A DNA stretch of 64,000 nucleotides. It comes from Narcine bancroftii (Eukaryota). This document shows positions 1-56,010 of this stretch, piece after piece. Both the position numbers and the translations under genes were made by a program. The DNA is taken from NCBI RefSeq assembly GCF_036971445.1, contig NC_091470.1, forward strand, positions 155,124,001 through 155,188,000, in the 5' to 3' direction. The notes beneath the pieces were generated by a model. That model was not told where the DNA came from. It saw nothing but the letters and a program-made list of their open reading frames with translations, and made no database searches. Position 1 is the first letter of the stretch. Each line of letters starts with the position of its first letter.

Positions 1-214
1 ATGTGAGACTAAAACTATGAGACAAGTCACAAAATTCGGGGGATTATGTTTAGGATAGCATTGAGAAGGAACCGCTCATCTCCCAGAGACTAGTGAATCT
101 GTGGAATTTTTACCAAGAAAGCGGTGGAGGCTACTTCATTAAACATATTTAAGATACAGTTTATTGCATAATAGGAGAATTAAGAGTTATGGGAAAAAGG
201 CAGCTAAGTGATGT

Positions 215-1177
215 TGTTACAAGCCCAGAGGACCCCAAAACCCAGCAGCAATAGATATTAGTTTCTTAAACAAAAGTTGCTCTTGATTATCTTTAAACAT
301 GAAAACAGAATCACACTTTAACTTATCACCATTTACTTAACCTCCTTCTAATTCTAAGCGCACGTGTATGTAATGTGTAAGTTCAGAAAAGTTCTTTGAT
401 TCACAGTCCAATCTCATTTCTCATTCCTCCAAATTCACTGGATACAGGCAATTCCAAAACTGTGCACAGAATTGAACATTTATGAATTTCACCAGGCTTT
501 GGTGCTTGAAAAGTAAATGATTGCCACTCAGGAAGGTTCTTGTCGGTTTTCAGAGAGATTTGTTGTTCACTGGACCCCCACAACTAATTCCTTTTAATCA
601 GCTACTTCAGTGTCTTGCTGAAGAAACTTGCCCCATCAGGTTTTTCCAGATGATAACTTTCTTTCAGGTCACCACAGAGTTACTTTTTGTTTCTCTTACT
701 TCGTGAAACATTAGGCAGCCAGTCCTCTTGTATAAACCACGAGGGTTTTGACCATAAACCCATCTTCCAAATAGGGTTTTCCACCAACTTTCCAGCTTGT
801 CCTGTTCCAGTCCCAGCTGCTGCTGCTGACTATAAAACTGCAGAACTGATATCTCTCTCTCTGAGAAAAGCCTGTTTTACTCTCTCTGCTTGCAAAACCC
901 TCTTGGAACAGCAAGCAGTACGCAGACAGCCTGCTTCCGACGAGTTCTTTCATCTGTTGCTTTCCAAAACAACAATGCATTAGTGAAGTCCCTTGGGCAC
1001 TCTTCAAAGTTTGCAAAGACATTTGGAGCCAGTTTGTCTGGCTTGAGCAGAGCTCCGGTATTTTAAATGAGATCTGTCTGAAATGTTTGCATGTGACCTA
1101 TACTAAAAACACCTGCCACACTTTATCTCCCAAAATCCTATCTATATACAATATAAAACACAACATATTGTGTCATA
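215..1177. mobile_element. Probable solo-LTR-like insertion interrupting a CR1 tail
   Basis: Begins TGTTAC and ends TGTCATA (near-inverted termini). The CR1 3' UTR stops at about 210 and resumes at about 1183. No clean TSD. Confidence 0.4.
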
Positions 1178-3555
1178 ATCCCAAGTCCACAGCCAGATCA
1201 GCCAACTAAAGAGATTAAAGCATCCAGAAAAGAAAAAAGATAAGAAACAAAGTCTCCTAAAGCAATTCCTCCATCACAGTTTCAAATGAATAGACCAAAA
1301 GACTCCCAGTATATCAGCTGAGAAAAAAAAATTCCAGATTAATTTATTTGAAACAAGTCCAGTACTGATTTTCAGATAGCAAAGACAAAATTACAAGTCT
1401 CAGAGAGGGCTTTACATACATTTTAACTATTGTATTTAGAGTATAGACAGGCACCAAAAAAAAAACCCAAAGTGCCCTTCAACAGAAATTATTTGTTCAA
1501 AATCCAACAGAAGTACTGTCAAAAGCAGAGATTTAGAACAAACATAAAATACTGCAGGTGCTAGGTATCCAAAATCAAAGTAGAAAATGCTAGAAATACT
1601 TAACAGTACAAGAGAGCACTTATGTAGAGAGAAAGAGTCATTGTTTCTGGTTGATTATCTCCAATCAACTTTCCAGCAGGGAAAGAGATTTAGACTCATT
1701 ACAGCAAAACATTTAGGTTCTTTGATGCTTGTTTCGTGTGGCTACTCTCAGTGAAATGATTCAACCCCAAGTGAAGCAGGGTCCCACCCATCCCAAAACA
1801 CTCATTCCGATGAACAAAACTGGATGGAAATTGATTTTTAGCTAAAAAAAACCAAGCTGGTTTATGTCTCAGAAACAGGATGCTCATTAGTTTATTTCCA
1901 ATATTAAATGAAAGTCTGAATGTAAAAATACTGCATAGAAATTTCAACCAGGGTAGTGTTTAAACAAAGTGATTACCTTAAATGCATGAATGATGGACAG
2001 GTGGACCCAGAACTATACTTTGGGAACACAGTTAAAACTGTGATTCACAATGCAACTAAAACATTTCATACTCAATCAGCCATTTTACGACTTGAAACTG
2101 AGTTGTGGGTGTGATGAGAAGTTACGATACATTTCCTAATATTTGTGGTCAATTATTTCCATTGCCTAAACAATAATCAATATGACAATATAGTAGCGAT
2201 CCAGAGGGCTTTAAATCTTGTAACTTAGGGGCAAGTGGGCACTATGCCCAACACACTGAGCAAGGATACAGCCACCATACCAACAAAAAAAAAAGCACTT
2301 GTTAATCCACATACATGCAAAGCATAGTGTTTTTCCATTTACGGCGAGAAAAAAATCATTAAACCTTCTATAAATGAAATTTATTAAATGGAAAATAACA
2401 TTGCACCTTTCACTGGTTCTCATCTTGCCCTGACAGAGACTCTGGGCTTTGGTGAAACAAACGATCAGAGGAAGAGGAGGCACAAGGACAGAGAAAAATA
2501 GGCAGGGGAAGAGGACAAGATCATTGCTTGCTTTCATTTCTGAAACTCCAACATAATCAGCACTCAATTAGACTTACAGTATTTGTACCAATGGTCTCAT
2601 TTGAACCCTTTGATATTCACATCTAAAATTAAACCACAGACATTCTTTTCACATACAGCACCACCCTTCTACCTCCATGTTACCCAGTCCATTCATATTT
2701 CATTTTCTTGTTCCAAGCTGGTTAATATATACAAATGATTGAGACACAAACAGGGCATCATGATATGCTCGGACTATTTTCAGTTGCTCTGTCAACCTCT
2801 AGTCTAAACCAACAGTGTTTATACCTGCTTGTTTTAAGGAAACAGATCACTACATCTGAAACAATAGATAAACTTTAAAAATCACAGCTTAGGATCGAAT
2901 TGAAGGATTCAGAATATCAATACTACCACAGCCAAAATATAATCAGCAGATGGCACAGACAGGAGCAAAAGTAGAATCTTTCTCAATCTTTTTCTGAAAC
3001 CCTAGAGTAAAGAGACATTAATTCTTGAGCTTCAGCTAGGTATCAAGTGCACCAACAGTCAAAGTTGTGAGTTTCTTGCACTCAATAATTTAAAAAATAA
3101 TTTTGGGCTCCTTTATTCTTTGTAAAGATGAGTGGGCTGGAAGATTCACTCCAAAAATAAAGCAGGAAGTGGCACAAATTATTCTGACTCAATATGTCAG
3201 CATTCCTACCTTGGTGAATGGTGTGTGCAGCATTAGATTACCTGGGCAAACTGGAGGAGAGAGAAGGAAATAAGCAGAGAGTAAAATGTGTTCCTATCTC
3301 CAGATTGCACAGGGTCCACACTTTTTATTAATGCTGCGGAGCAGCAGAATCTGGAACACAATTCACCCTATATGTAAAACTATTAATTTAGCCCAGCAGT
3401 TGTAAATCAATTCCCAAATGTTTATAAGTTATGCTGAGCAATAAATTAAGATCTCGATGATGTCCTCATCACCCTTCCCCATCATCGTCCTGTGATGCCA
3501 CAGCTGAACTCCACCTGCTCAGGAAGAGAAGACATCTTGCTCTTGCCTGATGGTC

Positions 3556-20031
<16,476 letters not shown>

Positions 20032-20139
20032 GGCACTGAAAGCAAAGAGATTTGTGAATCATAGAACAAGGTAGAGAAAATATTCTATTCCCATTCATTA
20101 TTCCAGTTTTGCACAATGGATTATTTTCACAAACATAAA

Positions 20140-20597
20140 TAAAGATCCTGGTGATAGGTGACTCAAAATTGGAGTAGAGATGTGATTGACATGTTGGCCA
20201 AGGGCAATGCCCAGAGACTGGGTCAGGTTGGGGAATAAGAGAGAAAGGGTGTTGAGTGTGGGAAATGAGGGAAGTTGGGCATTGATAAGAAAGAGATAAG
20301 CAAGTTGTTTCCATTGGTGGGGAAGACCAGAAGTAGGGGACATACCCTCAAGATTCAGGATAACAGAATTAGGGCAGAGATGAGAAGGAACTGCTTTTCT
20401 CAGAGGGTGATGTATCTGTGAAATTTGCTACCATTGGAAACAATCTCGGACAAGGTTAGATAGGTTTTTTTTAAAATACACACAGTAGGGGAAATAAGGA
20501 ACGTGGGGAAGAGGCGAGCAAGTGGAATTGAGCCCATCATTAGATCATTCATGATCACATTGAATGGCCGACTCCTGTCCAATTTCGTATGTTCTCA
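20140..20597 (+). mobile_element. CR1-clade LINE 3' fragment
   Basis: GGACATACCCTCAAGATT..AGGGCAGAGATGAGAAGGAACTGCTTTTCTCAGAGGGTG and tail TTTCGTATGTTCT. Similar copies at about 40-210 (+), 17215-17545 (-) and 22915-23300 (+). Confidence 0.7.
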
Positions 20598-20637
20598 TGC
20601 TACCTGTTGACCAGGACATGATGAGATATGTCACAAT

Positions 20638-21135
20638 GGGTAGGATGATGCGACAGACGGCAGGGTAGGATGATGCGACAGACGGCAGGGACCGGAAGGA
20701 CGGGGGGGGGGGGGGGGGACACGACGGGTTCAACGGCAGGGACCGGGAGGACGGGGGGGGGGAGGGCGACGGGGGGGGGGGAGGGCGACGGGGGGGGGGG
20801 GCGGCGGCGGCGGGTGCAATGGCAGGGACTGGGTGTGGGGTGGGGAGAAGGGCGGGAGTAAGGATGGCAGGGACCGGGAGGGTGGGAGGTGAGTATGGCA
20901 GGGACCGGGAGGAGGGGGGGGGGGTGTGGTGAAACAGCAGGGACCGGGAGGACGGGGGAGGGGTAGTGGTGCAACGGCAGGGACCGGGAGGACGGGGCGG
21001 GGGGGGGGGGGGAAAGAGAAGGGCGGGGGTGAGGATGGCGGGGACCGGGAAGACGGCGGAGGGGGGCCGGCGGGTGCAATAGCAGGGACTGGGAGGATGG
21101 GTGTTGGGTGGAGGTGCGGAGGGGGGGGGGGGGGT
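20638..21135 (+). repeat. G-rich degenerate tandem repeat (about 9 x GGCAGGGACCGGGAGG + poly-G) in MFN2 intron 1
   Basis: Recurring GCAGGGAC(C/T)GG core with long G runs. Starts with an exact 25-bp duplication GGGTAGGATGATGCGACAGACGGCA. Confidence 0.8.
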
Positions 21136-21211
21136 CACTGGGCCTCGCACCGATCTGATGAGAGGATCGGGAGGCTGGGCCAGTGACCTTGCCCCGAGGA
21201 CACGGACTCAC

Positions 21212-21480
21212 ACCCAGCCTGTGGTCGCGGGACTGGACCTACGTCGTGGCCACGGCGGCGAGCGCGGTTCACGCGTCAGGCCGGTAGCCGCGGTCTTGCC
21301 TGGTCCACAACCGCCGTGATCCTCTCCCAGCCGAAGCCTCTTCGCATCACGCCAAGGCCCGGCTAAAAAACGTCATTGGCCTGTGACGAAAAACGTCATC
21401 AACCGGCGCGATGAGCAACGGGGAGAGAAGCGCGTCGCCATGTCCGGAAGGGAACCGGTTACGGTAGCCGACCTTTCATC
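21212..21480 (-). promoter_or_regulatory. MFN2: MFN2 CpG-rich promoter and probable non-coding first exon
   Basis: CpG-dense segment with a GTGAGT donor on the minus strand at 21206-21211. Three TGACG (CRE half-site) cores at about 21371-21400, an ATTGG/CCAAT box at about 21375, and adjacent CGCCAT (YY1-like) and CCGGAAG (ETS) motifs at about 21436-21450. The first coding exon has its acceptor 4 nt before the ATG (ttcag|TGCCATG), so an upstream UTR exon is required. The TSS is not determinable. Confidence 0.65.
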
Positions 21481-21589
21481 GAGATAGATCGGGATATTGG
21501 AAGGTAAACTCCGGTGGCTTCTCTCTCACCACCATTCGGGCCCTCCCAGGTGAAGCAACACTTCGCTTGTGAATCTGGGGGGGGGGTCA

Positions 21590-22150
21590 TTTACCTTTGG
21601 TGCCCCCTCGACATAGAGAGACTGGGCACAGATGGGGCGATGGCTTTGTGGAGCACCTCGGCGTGATCTCCCAGTGGCCGCCCATTTCGATTCCCCACCC
21701 CATTCCCTCGCTGACGTGTCTGTCCATGGACACATGCAGTGCCAGACCGAGACCACCCAGACATTGGAGGAACTGGATGGCATTAATATCAACTTCTCTG
21801 GCTTTTGTTAGGTTTCCCCACTTCTTTCCCCCCCCCCCCCCCCCCCCCGTTGGTTTCTCCCAGCTCTGTCTCTCCCTTTTTCTCTGTCTCCTTCTGCACT
21901 GACATCAGTTCTCATCTCTGCCTTTTCATATCCAGTTTCACACCTTTGGTAGGTCTGGATTCCTCCCCCAGCCAACGCTGTCTACATTCTGATATGATCT
22001 GGTTTTCATCATTCTGCTTATTCCTTGAAGATTGACTCAGGCCCGAAATTTCAAGCAATACATTTGTCTCCTATGAATGCAGAAAGACCAGCTGAGTTCC
22101 TCCAGCATTCAGTGTGTTCACAGCGTCTGCAGACTTTGGTTTTCACTCAA
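21590..22150 (+). mobile_element. Penelope-like element 3' fragment
   Basis: ETGHRWGDGFVEHL remnant and tail GCTGAGTTCCTCCAGCATT..TCTGCAGACTTT shared with the copy at 53162-53832 and a minus-strand copy at about 48900-49320. Confidence 0.6.
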
Positions 22151-23322
22151 CATGGTCGAGAAACAGACTGTACAAAGATCCATCAATCTCTGGGCTGAAA
22201 ACCCACTGGTGCTATAAAAGTTGTGAGATTCCAGGATGGTGGTTAAACTCTTGTTGGAAAAAGTGAGCGCTTGGTGCTTGTGTAGAATGTAGTTCAACAC
22301 TACATGAAAGAACAAAAAATGAAATTTGGGAAGAGAATTCTGGCAAGCAGAATGGAGTAACTGCAAGAAATTAAAATGTTGAGTAATCAGATCTTGAATT
22401 TAGCTTTGTCTTGAAGATTTATTAAAGATCAATGTCAAAGAAAATTAATCACACCAAGCTACATATAAATTTTCTACCAAAGAAGATTGGTATTATCTTG
22501 GCTAAAAAATGACAGATGGCATTTAACCCAAATATGGGGTATTGTATTTTGGGAATGCTAATGAGGCTAGGACGTACACCTTTTTAGGTGCTGATGAACA
22601 GTGGGACATTGGGAGCAGGAGTTCATAGAACCCTGATGAATGAGACCAGAACCAGGCTGAGAGCAGCAACTTCCCACGGGCAGTGAAACTGCTGAATGAC
22701 TGATGAACAGTTCATATAAATCCCTCAGAGACTTATTTAACAATATTTTATATTTGTACTGCATATACTGTAAATCATTTGTAAGTATCTGTGCTGTCTT
22801 TTTTTGCATCGACCATTGTGTATTTTTACATGACCGATGTCTATGTGTTTGCATATTTTTTGCACCAAGGACTGTCTCGTCCAGTTGTAGGATAATAAAA
22901 TTGAACTTGATTATGAAGGCACGTGTGATATTGGCCTTTATTAGTCAGGACATTCGATATAAAAGTATTAAGGTTATGTTTTAATGATCAAACCTTAGAC
23001 GTTAGCTGGAGTATTTTGTGCATTTCTGGTCATTATTCTGTAGGAATGTTATGGAGAGGGTACAGAGGAGATTTGCTAGGATGTTGCCTAAGATGGCATA
23101 TTTAGGAGAGACTGGGGAAGCTAGATCTGTTCTCCCTTGAGTGGACGATGTTGAGAGGTTAAGGGGTATGTTAGAGGGAACGCTTCCCCATTTTAGAAGT
23201 GAATAAAATTAAATTCACAAATGAAAGATAGAGGGGGCTTCATCACCAAGAGAGTGCCAAAAGACTGCCTGAAGGAGGGGGTCAAAGTTGGGTCAATGAC
23301 AACATACAATAAGTGTCTGCAT

Positions 23323-23684
23323 CTGTGGTTTTCAAACTACTTCTTTCCACTCACATACCACCTTAAGTAATCCCAATGCCATAGGTGCTCTGAGTTGTAT
23401 GGGATTACTTAAGGTGGTATGTAAGTGGAAAAAGTTTGAAAACCACTGTTTTAATTGTACTTAATTGACTCATTATGTGCACAATTTCATAACTCCAACG
23501 GAATTGCCCCAATAACAATTTTTCTCAAGCAAAATATTTCAGAGTCAATTGGGTTTAGTGCAGTGGTTCTCAACTTCCCCCCCCCCCCACTCACATACTA
23601 CCTTAAGTAATCCCTTACTAATCACAGGAATAGGGATTACTTAAGGTGGTATGTGAGTGGAAAGAAAAAGTTTGAAAACCACTG
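23323..23684. mobile_element. hAT/Charlie-like composite MITE, copy 3
   Basis: Same structure, with an 8-bp TSD GTCTGCAT / GTCTACAT. A further truncated unit lies at about 29906-29981. Confidence 0.8.
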
Positions 23685-26229
23685 GTCTACATGAATACTT
23701 GAATTGTTTAAGGACAGGGACCATGGACTGAGTCAATGGAATGAATATGCAAAGCAGCTCACTGATCAGAGTGGCCGATTTGGGCCAAATAGCCCATTTC
23801 CACATTGTGTGATTTTTATGACTCCATGGTCTCAACTACCTAGTTAGTAGGAAGACTAATTAAATGTCTTTCCACAACTGTAAAGCTGAGTCAGAAAAGT
23901 CGAAGCAAACTACCATTAGGATCTTCTTGTAATCCGTTTGTGGCAAATGCTGAATGTGCAGCTAATGCCATTAAAAGCCAAGTTGGCACTTTTAAAAAAT
24001 GTTTCAAGCCACAGCCAATGATATCAGCTATAGTTATATCTATAGCACAGAATGGGAACACATTTCTCCCACTTATCTACTCCCCATCACTTGGCTAATG
24101 TGGACAGTCTACCAACAATATTAACATGCTTACATAATTGAACATCTCATCATTGCCAATGACTCCCATCAATAGCACGTGGGGTTTTTTTTCTTCTTTT
24201 GTCGTCATTTATTTTTTTTTAAGCAGTGTATTTACAGAAATGTAATTTATAGCAATTTTTTGCACATGTAATGCAAATAATACTGCTGCTCAACATCATA
24301 TTTCATGACAATAAATCTGATTCTGATGAACTTTCACAAAATACAAACAGCAAAAAAAACTAAAAGATTTTATTGTGATATGTGAATGAGGATTAGAGCC
24401 CCACATTTTCTCAAATTCCATCTATTTTCCTTCTGTTCATCCTGTTGTAGAGAACCTTCCACCTCTGATTAGATTTTAGGGGAATCTATAAATTGAAGTA
24501 TTTTGTGTGCAAGCCTTAAAATGTGGCCTATTTGTTTAATCCACTGAAGCCATGCGATTCCAAGTTTCAGGGCCGATGTATGAACTCCCTACATTTGTCA
24601 TTCCTTCGAAAATTTGGGTTGGAAAAATATTGGCAGGTGTTCTGAGCAGATGGAGTAAAGTTCTTAAATAGAATTGGCCCATAATGTTTCACGAGGTAAA
24701 ACAATCCCACTCCTCGTGGTTTTCCCAACCTATCTGCTGCTACCCAACTTAGTCATATTTTCTCAATGGGGTTTACAATTCTTAGCACAGCTAATTAAAT
24801 TCAGTCAGACTGGATATTTTTTGCATGAATATTGCAACTGTATATTACAGCAGACAAATTGAAATAGCATTTCAGTGCAAGGTGGGGAATATCTTGATTT
24901 TCAACATTTATCTGTTCAGAGGTAAAACCACTGATTTCTGTGATTGAGATACTGGAAAGAATTGAAATGGTAATAATTGTTGATGAGTCTTTTAGCTAGA
25001 AAATTGGCAAAAACAAGATGGAGCAATATTTGAAAAGATTCTCAAACTGTATTAATGCTGAACATATTTCAAAAGGTCTATAGGCAGTGAATACAAAATG
25101 TTTCTATGAGGGATAGTTAGCAGGGTGTTTGATAGTTCATACTGATACAAAGAGAATAAGATAGTTCCTTGGCCTTTCTCCAATTTACAACAAGCTTCAT
25201 TTCACAAGCAATTTTTTCCACTTAAACACTTTAGAACTTAGAACATTGCTGCACAGTACAGGCCCTTCAGGCTTTTGCGGCTGTTGTCCTATGAGGTTAT
25301 TCATTCTTGCATCATTTATGTGAGGAGGTAGTTTGTGATTTCTATTGGGTAAGATCAAACGTTAAAAATCTCAACTACTGGTTAATATGGAGTAAGTGAA
25401 ATATACAGCTAGATCCACTGCCCATCCCTTCCTCCAAATCAAAGTAATCAAATCTTTTTCTTTGTTTTTCCTATTTTTTCCCTCCTAATTCTTGAGGCCC
25501 ACTCTACAGAGGTTCAGAGTCTAAGTATCAGCTGAAAACCTGAACAAGTATATTTAACAGATCATAATTTGTTAAGCCACAGTCCATGTGTTAATATTCT
25601 GTGGGCACACAGTAAAGGCTCAGTGCAGTCACTCCTCTCTCACTTTGACTGCATTGGTCCAGCAGCAGACTGGCGGCTGAAGTACAATACTGGTACTGAG
25701 TTAGATCATGATAGCTCAGAACTACTGATTCCATTCAACACAAACCAAAATAGATCAAAAGAGTGGAATATGGTCATAAGTTACAAACCCTCTAATTATA
25801 GAAAGGATGTCTTCCATCTCCAGGATTTCTTGATAAGTTATTCTGTGGTCATTACAAGATAAAAGAGTTATGGTACTCCAGGATCCCCAAGTTAGAAATT
25901 CACTGATGTGTGATGGGATAGATGTATACTTTTGGGATCCACTATTATAAACTCTTAAAATGTGATGGAGCAGCCCTATACCCCTTTGACAAATATGGAT
26001 TCCATTAATCTGGGATTTGATTATTCTGATGTTAACTTTCATAACTGCCAAATACCCCTGCTGGAGCTATCCCTTAGAACTTAGCACCTAGAGAAATTTA
26101 TTAACCATAATATAGAGCAGCGACATGAGCTGCCCATGCCATGATATCTCAAGGAATAATAGGGCTGAAGTTTGTTGCAAACTGACATCAGTAACAGCTT
26201 CCACTGCATGCACTCAAATGCTAAGCGCT

Positions 26230-52466
<26,237 letters not shown>

Positions 52467-52830
52467 CGCAGCTTCTGCCCTGCGACTCACTCCCTGCTTC
52501 CTTCTGGCTCTGTCTGCCTTCCTCGAGGCCAAGGATACAGCAACAACCCCCCTCCCACCCTCCCGTCAGATTATCGCGTTGAGCCAGCCAGCCCCGCCTC
52601 TGGGGTTGGTTGGGGAGGGGGGGATTCGAGCGACTGACCCGGCTCACGTACGCACAGACGACACAACAGTAAGAAAGCAAGGCCATTTACACGGCGCAAG
52701 CTCCTCCGTGGAATTAACTGATGATTTCCTGACCGTATTACTAAAGAATTACAAACTGAGATGAAGGGGACTCTCCCACGACGCGGGTGTTAACCCGTCA
52801 CGCCCTTTGCTTCCATCTGGAGAATGTCCG
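52467..52830 (-). promoter_or_regulatory. PLOD1: PLOD1 5' UTR and CpG-rich promoter
   Basis: CpG-rich stretch immediately upstream of the signal-peptide exon. GC-box-like CCCCGCCT at about 52592 and TACGTG on the minus strand at 52645-52650. Confidence 0.55.
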
Positions 52831-53161
52831 GTTTACCTGAAAGAGGAGACTGTTTAGTCAGTTATAGCACCAAAAGAGATCCTTCAGCCCATCTTGTCCA
52901 AATCTACCACTGGCTCTCTGAGGGAGTCCTATCTGTATGCGTTTGGCTCATATCCCACTGAACTTTTCTTATTCATGTTCCTTTGTAATTGTACCGTGTT
53001 CAAGCTTTTCAGCCTGTTTCACATCCAATCCCCCATCTTCAAGTCAAGTTTATTGCCATCTGATTGCACAAGTGTAACCAGATGAAAGAGCGTTCTGCAG
53101 TCAGCAGGCACAAAATCAGACATAACAAACATACAGACAAATATATATGCAGGACAAGTAT

Positions 53162-53832
53162 CACATGTACCTGCATGCCTGATTTACCACATCCGGTGAT
53201 CTGTGTATGGCCTTCTCTACATCGGAGAGACTAGGAGCAGATTGGGAGATCACTGAGCACCTTTGGTCCATCCACATCAGTGACAGAGACCTCCCAGTAC
53301 CAACCATTTCAGTTCTGTGTCACATTCCCACACTCACATGCCTGTCCATGTCCTTATGTACTGTCCTACCAAGACTACCTGCAAATTGGAGAAACACCTG
53401 ATTTTCCATCTGGGCATTCTCCAACCAAATGGCATTATCAATTTTTCCAGTTTCTGCTAACCTGCTCTCCTCTTCCCCCTCCCTCCCTGCCCCTCTATTC
53501 ACCTACCCATACCTCCTCCCCTTGATGGCCCCTGTCCCCTCCCTCCCTTCTCCACCTATCACCTCCTGCCTTTGCCACCACACCCCCTCCTTACTCTTTT
53601 GCTTGGACGCCTGCCAACATTTTTCCACATCTTAATGAAAGACTCAAGCCGGAAATGTCAGTTATGTATTTTTATCTTTGCCGCATCGGACTTGTCAGCC
53701 ACAAACGAACCTGCAGCTGACGTGGACATTTACCCCCTCCATAAATCTTCGTCCACGAAGCCAAGCCAAAGAAAAAGAACATAAAGGATACTGTTTGACC
53801 TGCTGATTTTCTCCAGCATTGTGTGTTTTTAC
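53162..53832 (+). mobile_element. Penelope-like (GIY-YIG) element 3' fragment with 14-bp TSD, nested in a Rex-like tail and containing an RTE-like fragment
   Basis: Encodes GLLYIGETRSRLGD..EHL (GIY-YIG remnant). TSD TGCAGGACAAGTAT at 53148-53161 and 53833-53846. The internal insert at about 53680-53779 reads RIGLVSHKRTCS followed by an A-rich tail. Confidence 0.7.
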
Positions 53833-55760
53833 TGCAGGACAAGTATACAAATGAATAAATAAATATTGTTTCATGAATATGAGTGTCTTGGATGACGTGT
53901 GTGAGCAGCTCCTTGGTTGTTCAGCATTCTCACTGCTCGTTTAGGTCGATATTACAGTTTAATATGAGGATCAGTCTCAACTGCATTGCATCAGAGTTAC
54001 AAAGTTATACCATTCTTTCATACAATTAAAAAATGTTGACAAAGAACTGTTCAGCCCATAGTGTCTGTGCTGGTGAAACACTGCTCCTACCCTGCTTCCC
54101 CCCACTACCATTTATTTGGGCACTTGCCTACATTTTGCTCACACGATGAAGGGTTCAAGCCCAAATCGTTGGTTATGTATCTTTATATTTGCTACCTAAA
54201 GTGTATTGTTTGACCTACTGAGTTTCCCCAACATTGTGTTTTATTTTTGCTCATAACTTCATCCCAGCTTCTTGCACTTGGCCCTTGACCCTCTGAATCA
54301 CAGCTCCCTCAAATTCACACACCCTTGTAAATGTTCTGGAGTTCTACTACCTACTCTGAAGACATTTTTTTTCAAATTTTCCCTCTATTCCTTCTATCCA
54401 TTTCTTTTAATTTTTTTTAAAACTCCTCTCCAAAAGAAACATATCCTTCCAGTTTAACCAATCTGGACCACTCTAATTTGTGCGTGGGTTAGTTCAGTTA
54501 AATCTCCCTTCACCCTCCTCTGTTCCAAAGGAAAAAAAAAAGATGATTCATAAATTCTTTCCTCAGCCACAATTTTACTTTCCTGGCAACATTGGTGCAA
54601 TCACACCCTCTGTTCACAATTTAAGACTTAATCAGCTGGAAATGTTCAAGACATCAGTCAGCATCTGCTGAAAGAATAACTGTTAATATTCTTGGCAATG
54701 GCCTTTCACCAAAACTACATTACTCAAACAGAAAAGACAAAGCAGAAAGAGAAGGCGTGTGATAGGAAGCCAAGAGAGTTTAAATGAAATGAGGGATGAT
54801 GTGATAAATGGTGAGAATTGGCACAAATTATTGGTTATTGGTGACCATGGGGTAAAAATAAATCGGGAGGGGGAAAAAAAGAGGGGTTTTCATTTAGTTA
54901 TCGAGGTAATTTAATTGATGGTACTTTCAGTTGTACGAGGGTGGGGGTGATATTAAAAAAAGATTACAATATTTGTTTGATGAGAATGAAAATTAAAATA
55001 TTCACAAAAGATAAACGGTCAGTTTATTAGAAGCAAATGTGGCATTAACATAATCATCAACTGCCTTAAGGAGGAAAATTCTCTTTGCTGTACATGTCCT
55101 CCTCCTACTTATCTCACTAAAAACTTTCCCTGCTCTGACAGAGGATCACAGACCCATAATGTTGACTGTTCCTCTTTCTATGGATGTTGCCTGATCTGCT
55201 GAATGTTGTTGTTTTTTAAATAGTTTGTGAATGTTGGGGAATGTTGATCAGAAGCCTTTGCCTGAAATGGAGAAAGACAGGGATGAAATTTACAATTATT
55301 GCTGCTGCTACAGTTGCATTATTATAATTGGCAATTTAATCTCTTTGTATTGATTCCATCAGCCTCGTCCTTATTGATATTCCATTAATGTCAACTTACA
55401 TTCACCTCTGGGCAAATGGAAGAGGTTCAGAAGGTGAAGGAATGGAAATTGTCAGCCATGTAAATTAGCCTATGGAGTTATTCTGATACACCTAAGTATG
55501 GATACTAGAACCACTCACAGTGGTCCATGTACAGTCTAACCTGACTATTTATATTGGGACACAATTTCCATTTCCAGTATGTTAGACTTTTTGATTTTTT
55601 TTTTGCACTTGCCCACAGCACTTGTGGATTTGTGAATGCAGATTTTTAAATTCCTTTGCACCTACACCGATTCTAACATTCATTATATATCATCCTATCC
55701 TTTTAAAATCCAAAGTGGATGACCTCCCATTTGCCTTCTCTGTAATTCATTTGTGACAGC

Positions 55761-56010
55761 TCACACCACCAGGTTCAGGAACAGCTGCTACCCCTCCATC
55801 TCAACAACAAACTCAAACGGGGACTCTTAGTAAGACTCTTACTTGTTTTCTCTCTGTGTATCGCACAGTCAGTCTGTCTACATTTCTTTAGTTGTTTACA
55901 CGTGTACGTTGTGTACATTTTTTGCACTATTATTAAGGCCTCACCCGCAGGAAAAAGAATCACGGGGTTGTATGTGATGTCAAATATGTACCCTGACAAT
56001 ACATCTGAAA
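55761..56010 (+). mobile_element. Rex1/Babar-like LINE extreme 3' fragment
   Basis: CACCACCAGGTTCAGGAACAGCTGCTACCCCTCC...GGTTGTATGTGATGTC...GACAATACATCTGAAAA matches the other copies. Related short 3' ends lie at about 10090-10370, 22630-22910, 30330-30560 and 40400-40610. Confidence 0.7.

Noticed and set aside
1300-3555. MFN2 poly(A) site
   Set aside because: Several minus-strand AATAAA hexamers are present (for example about 3112, 1892 and 1343), and I cannot choose between them without transcript data.
20545-21211. Proline-rich and glycine-rich ORFs of about 200 aa
   Set aside because: By-products of the G/C-rich intronic repeat, with no domain or splice support.
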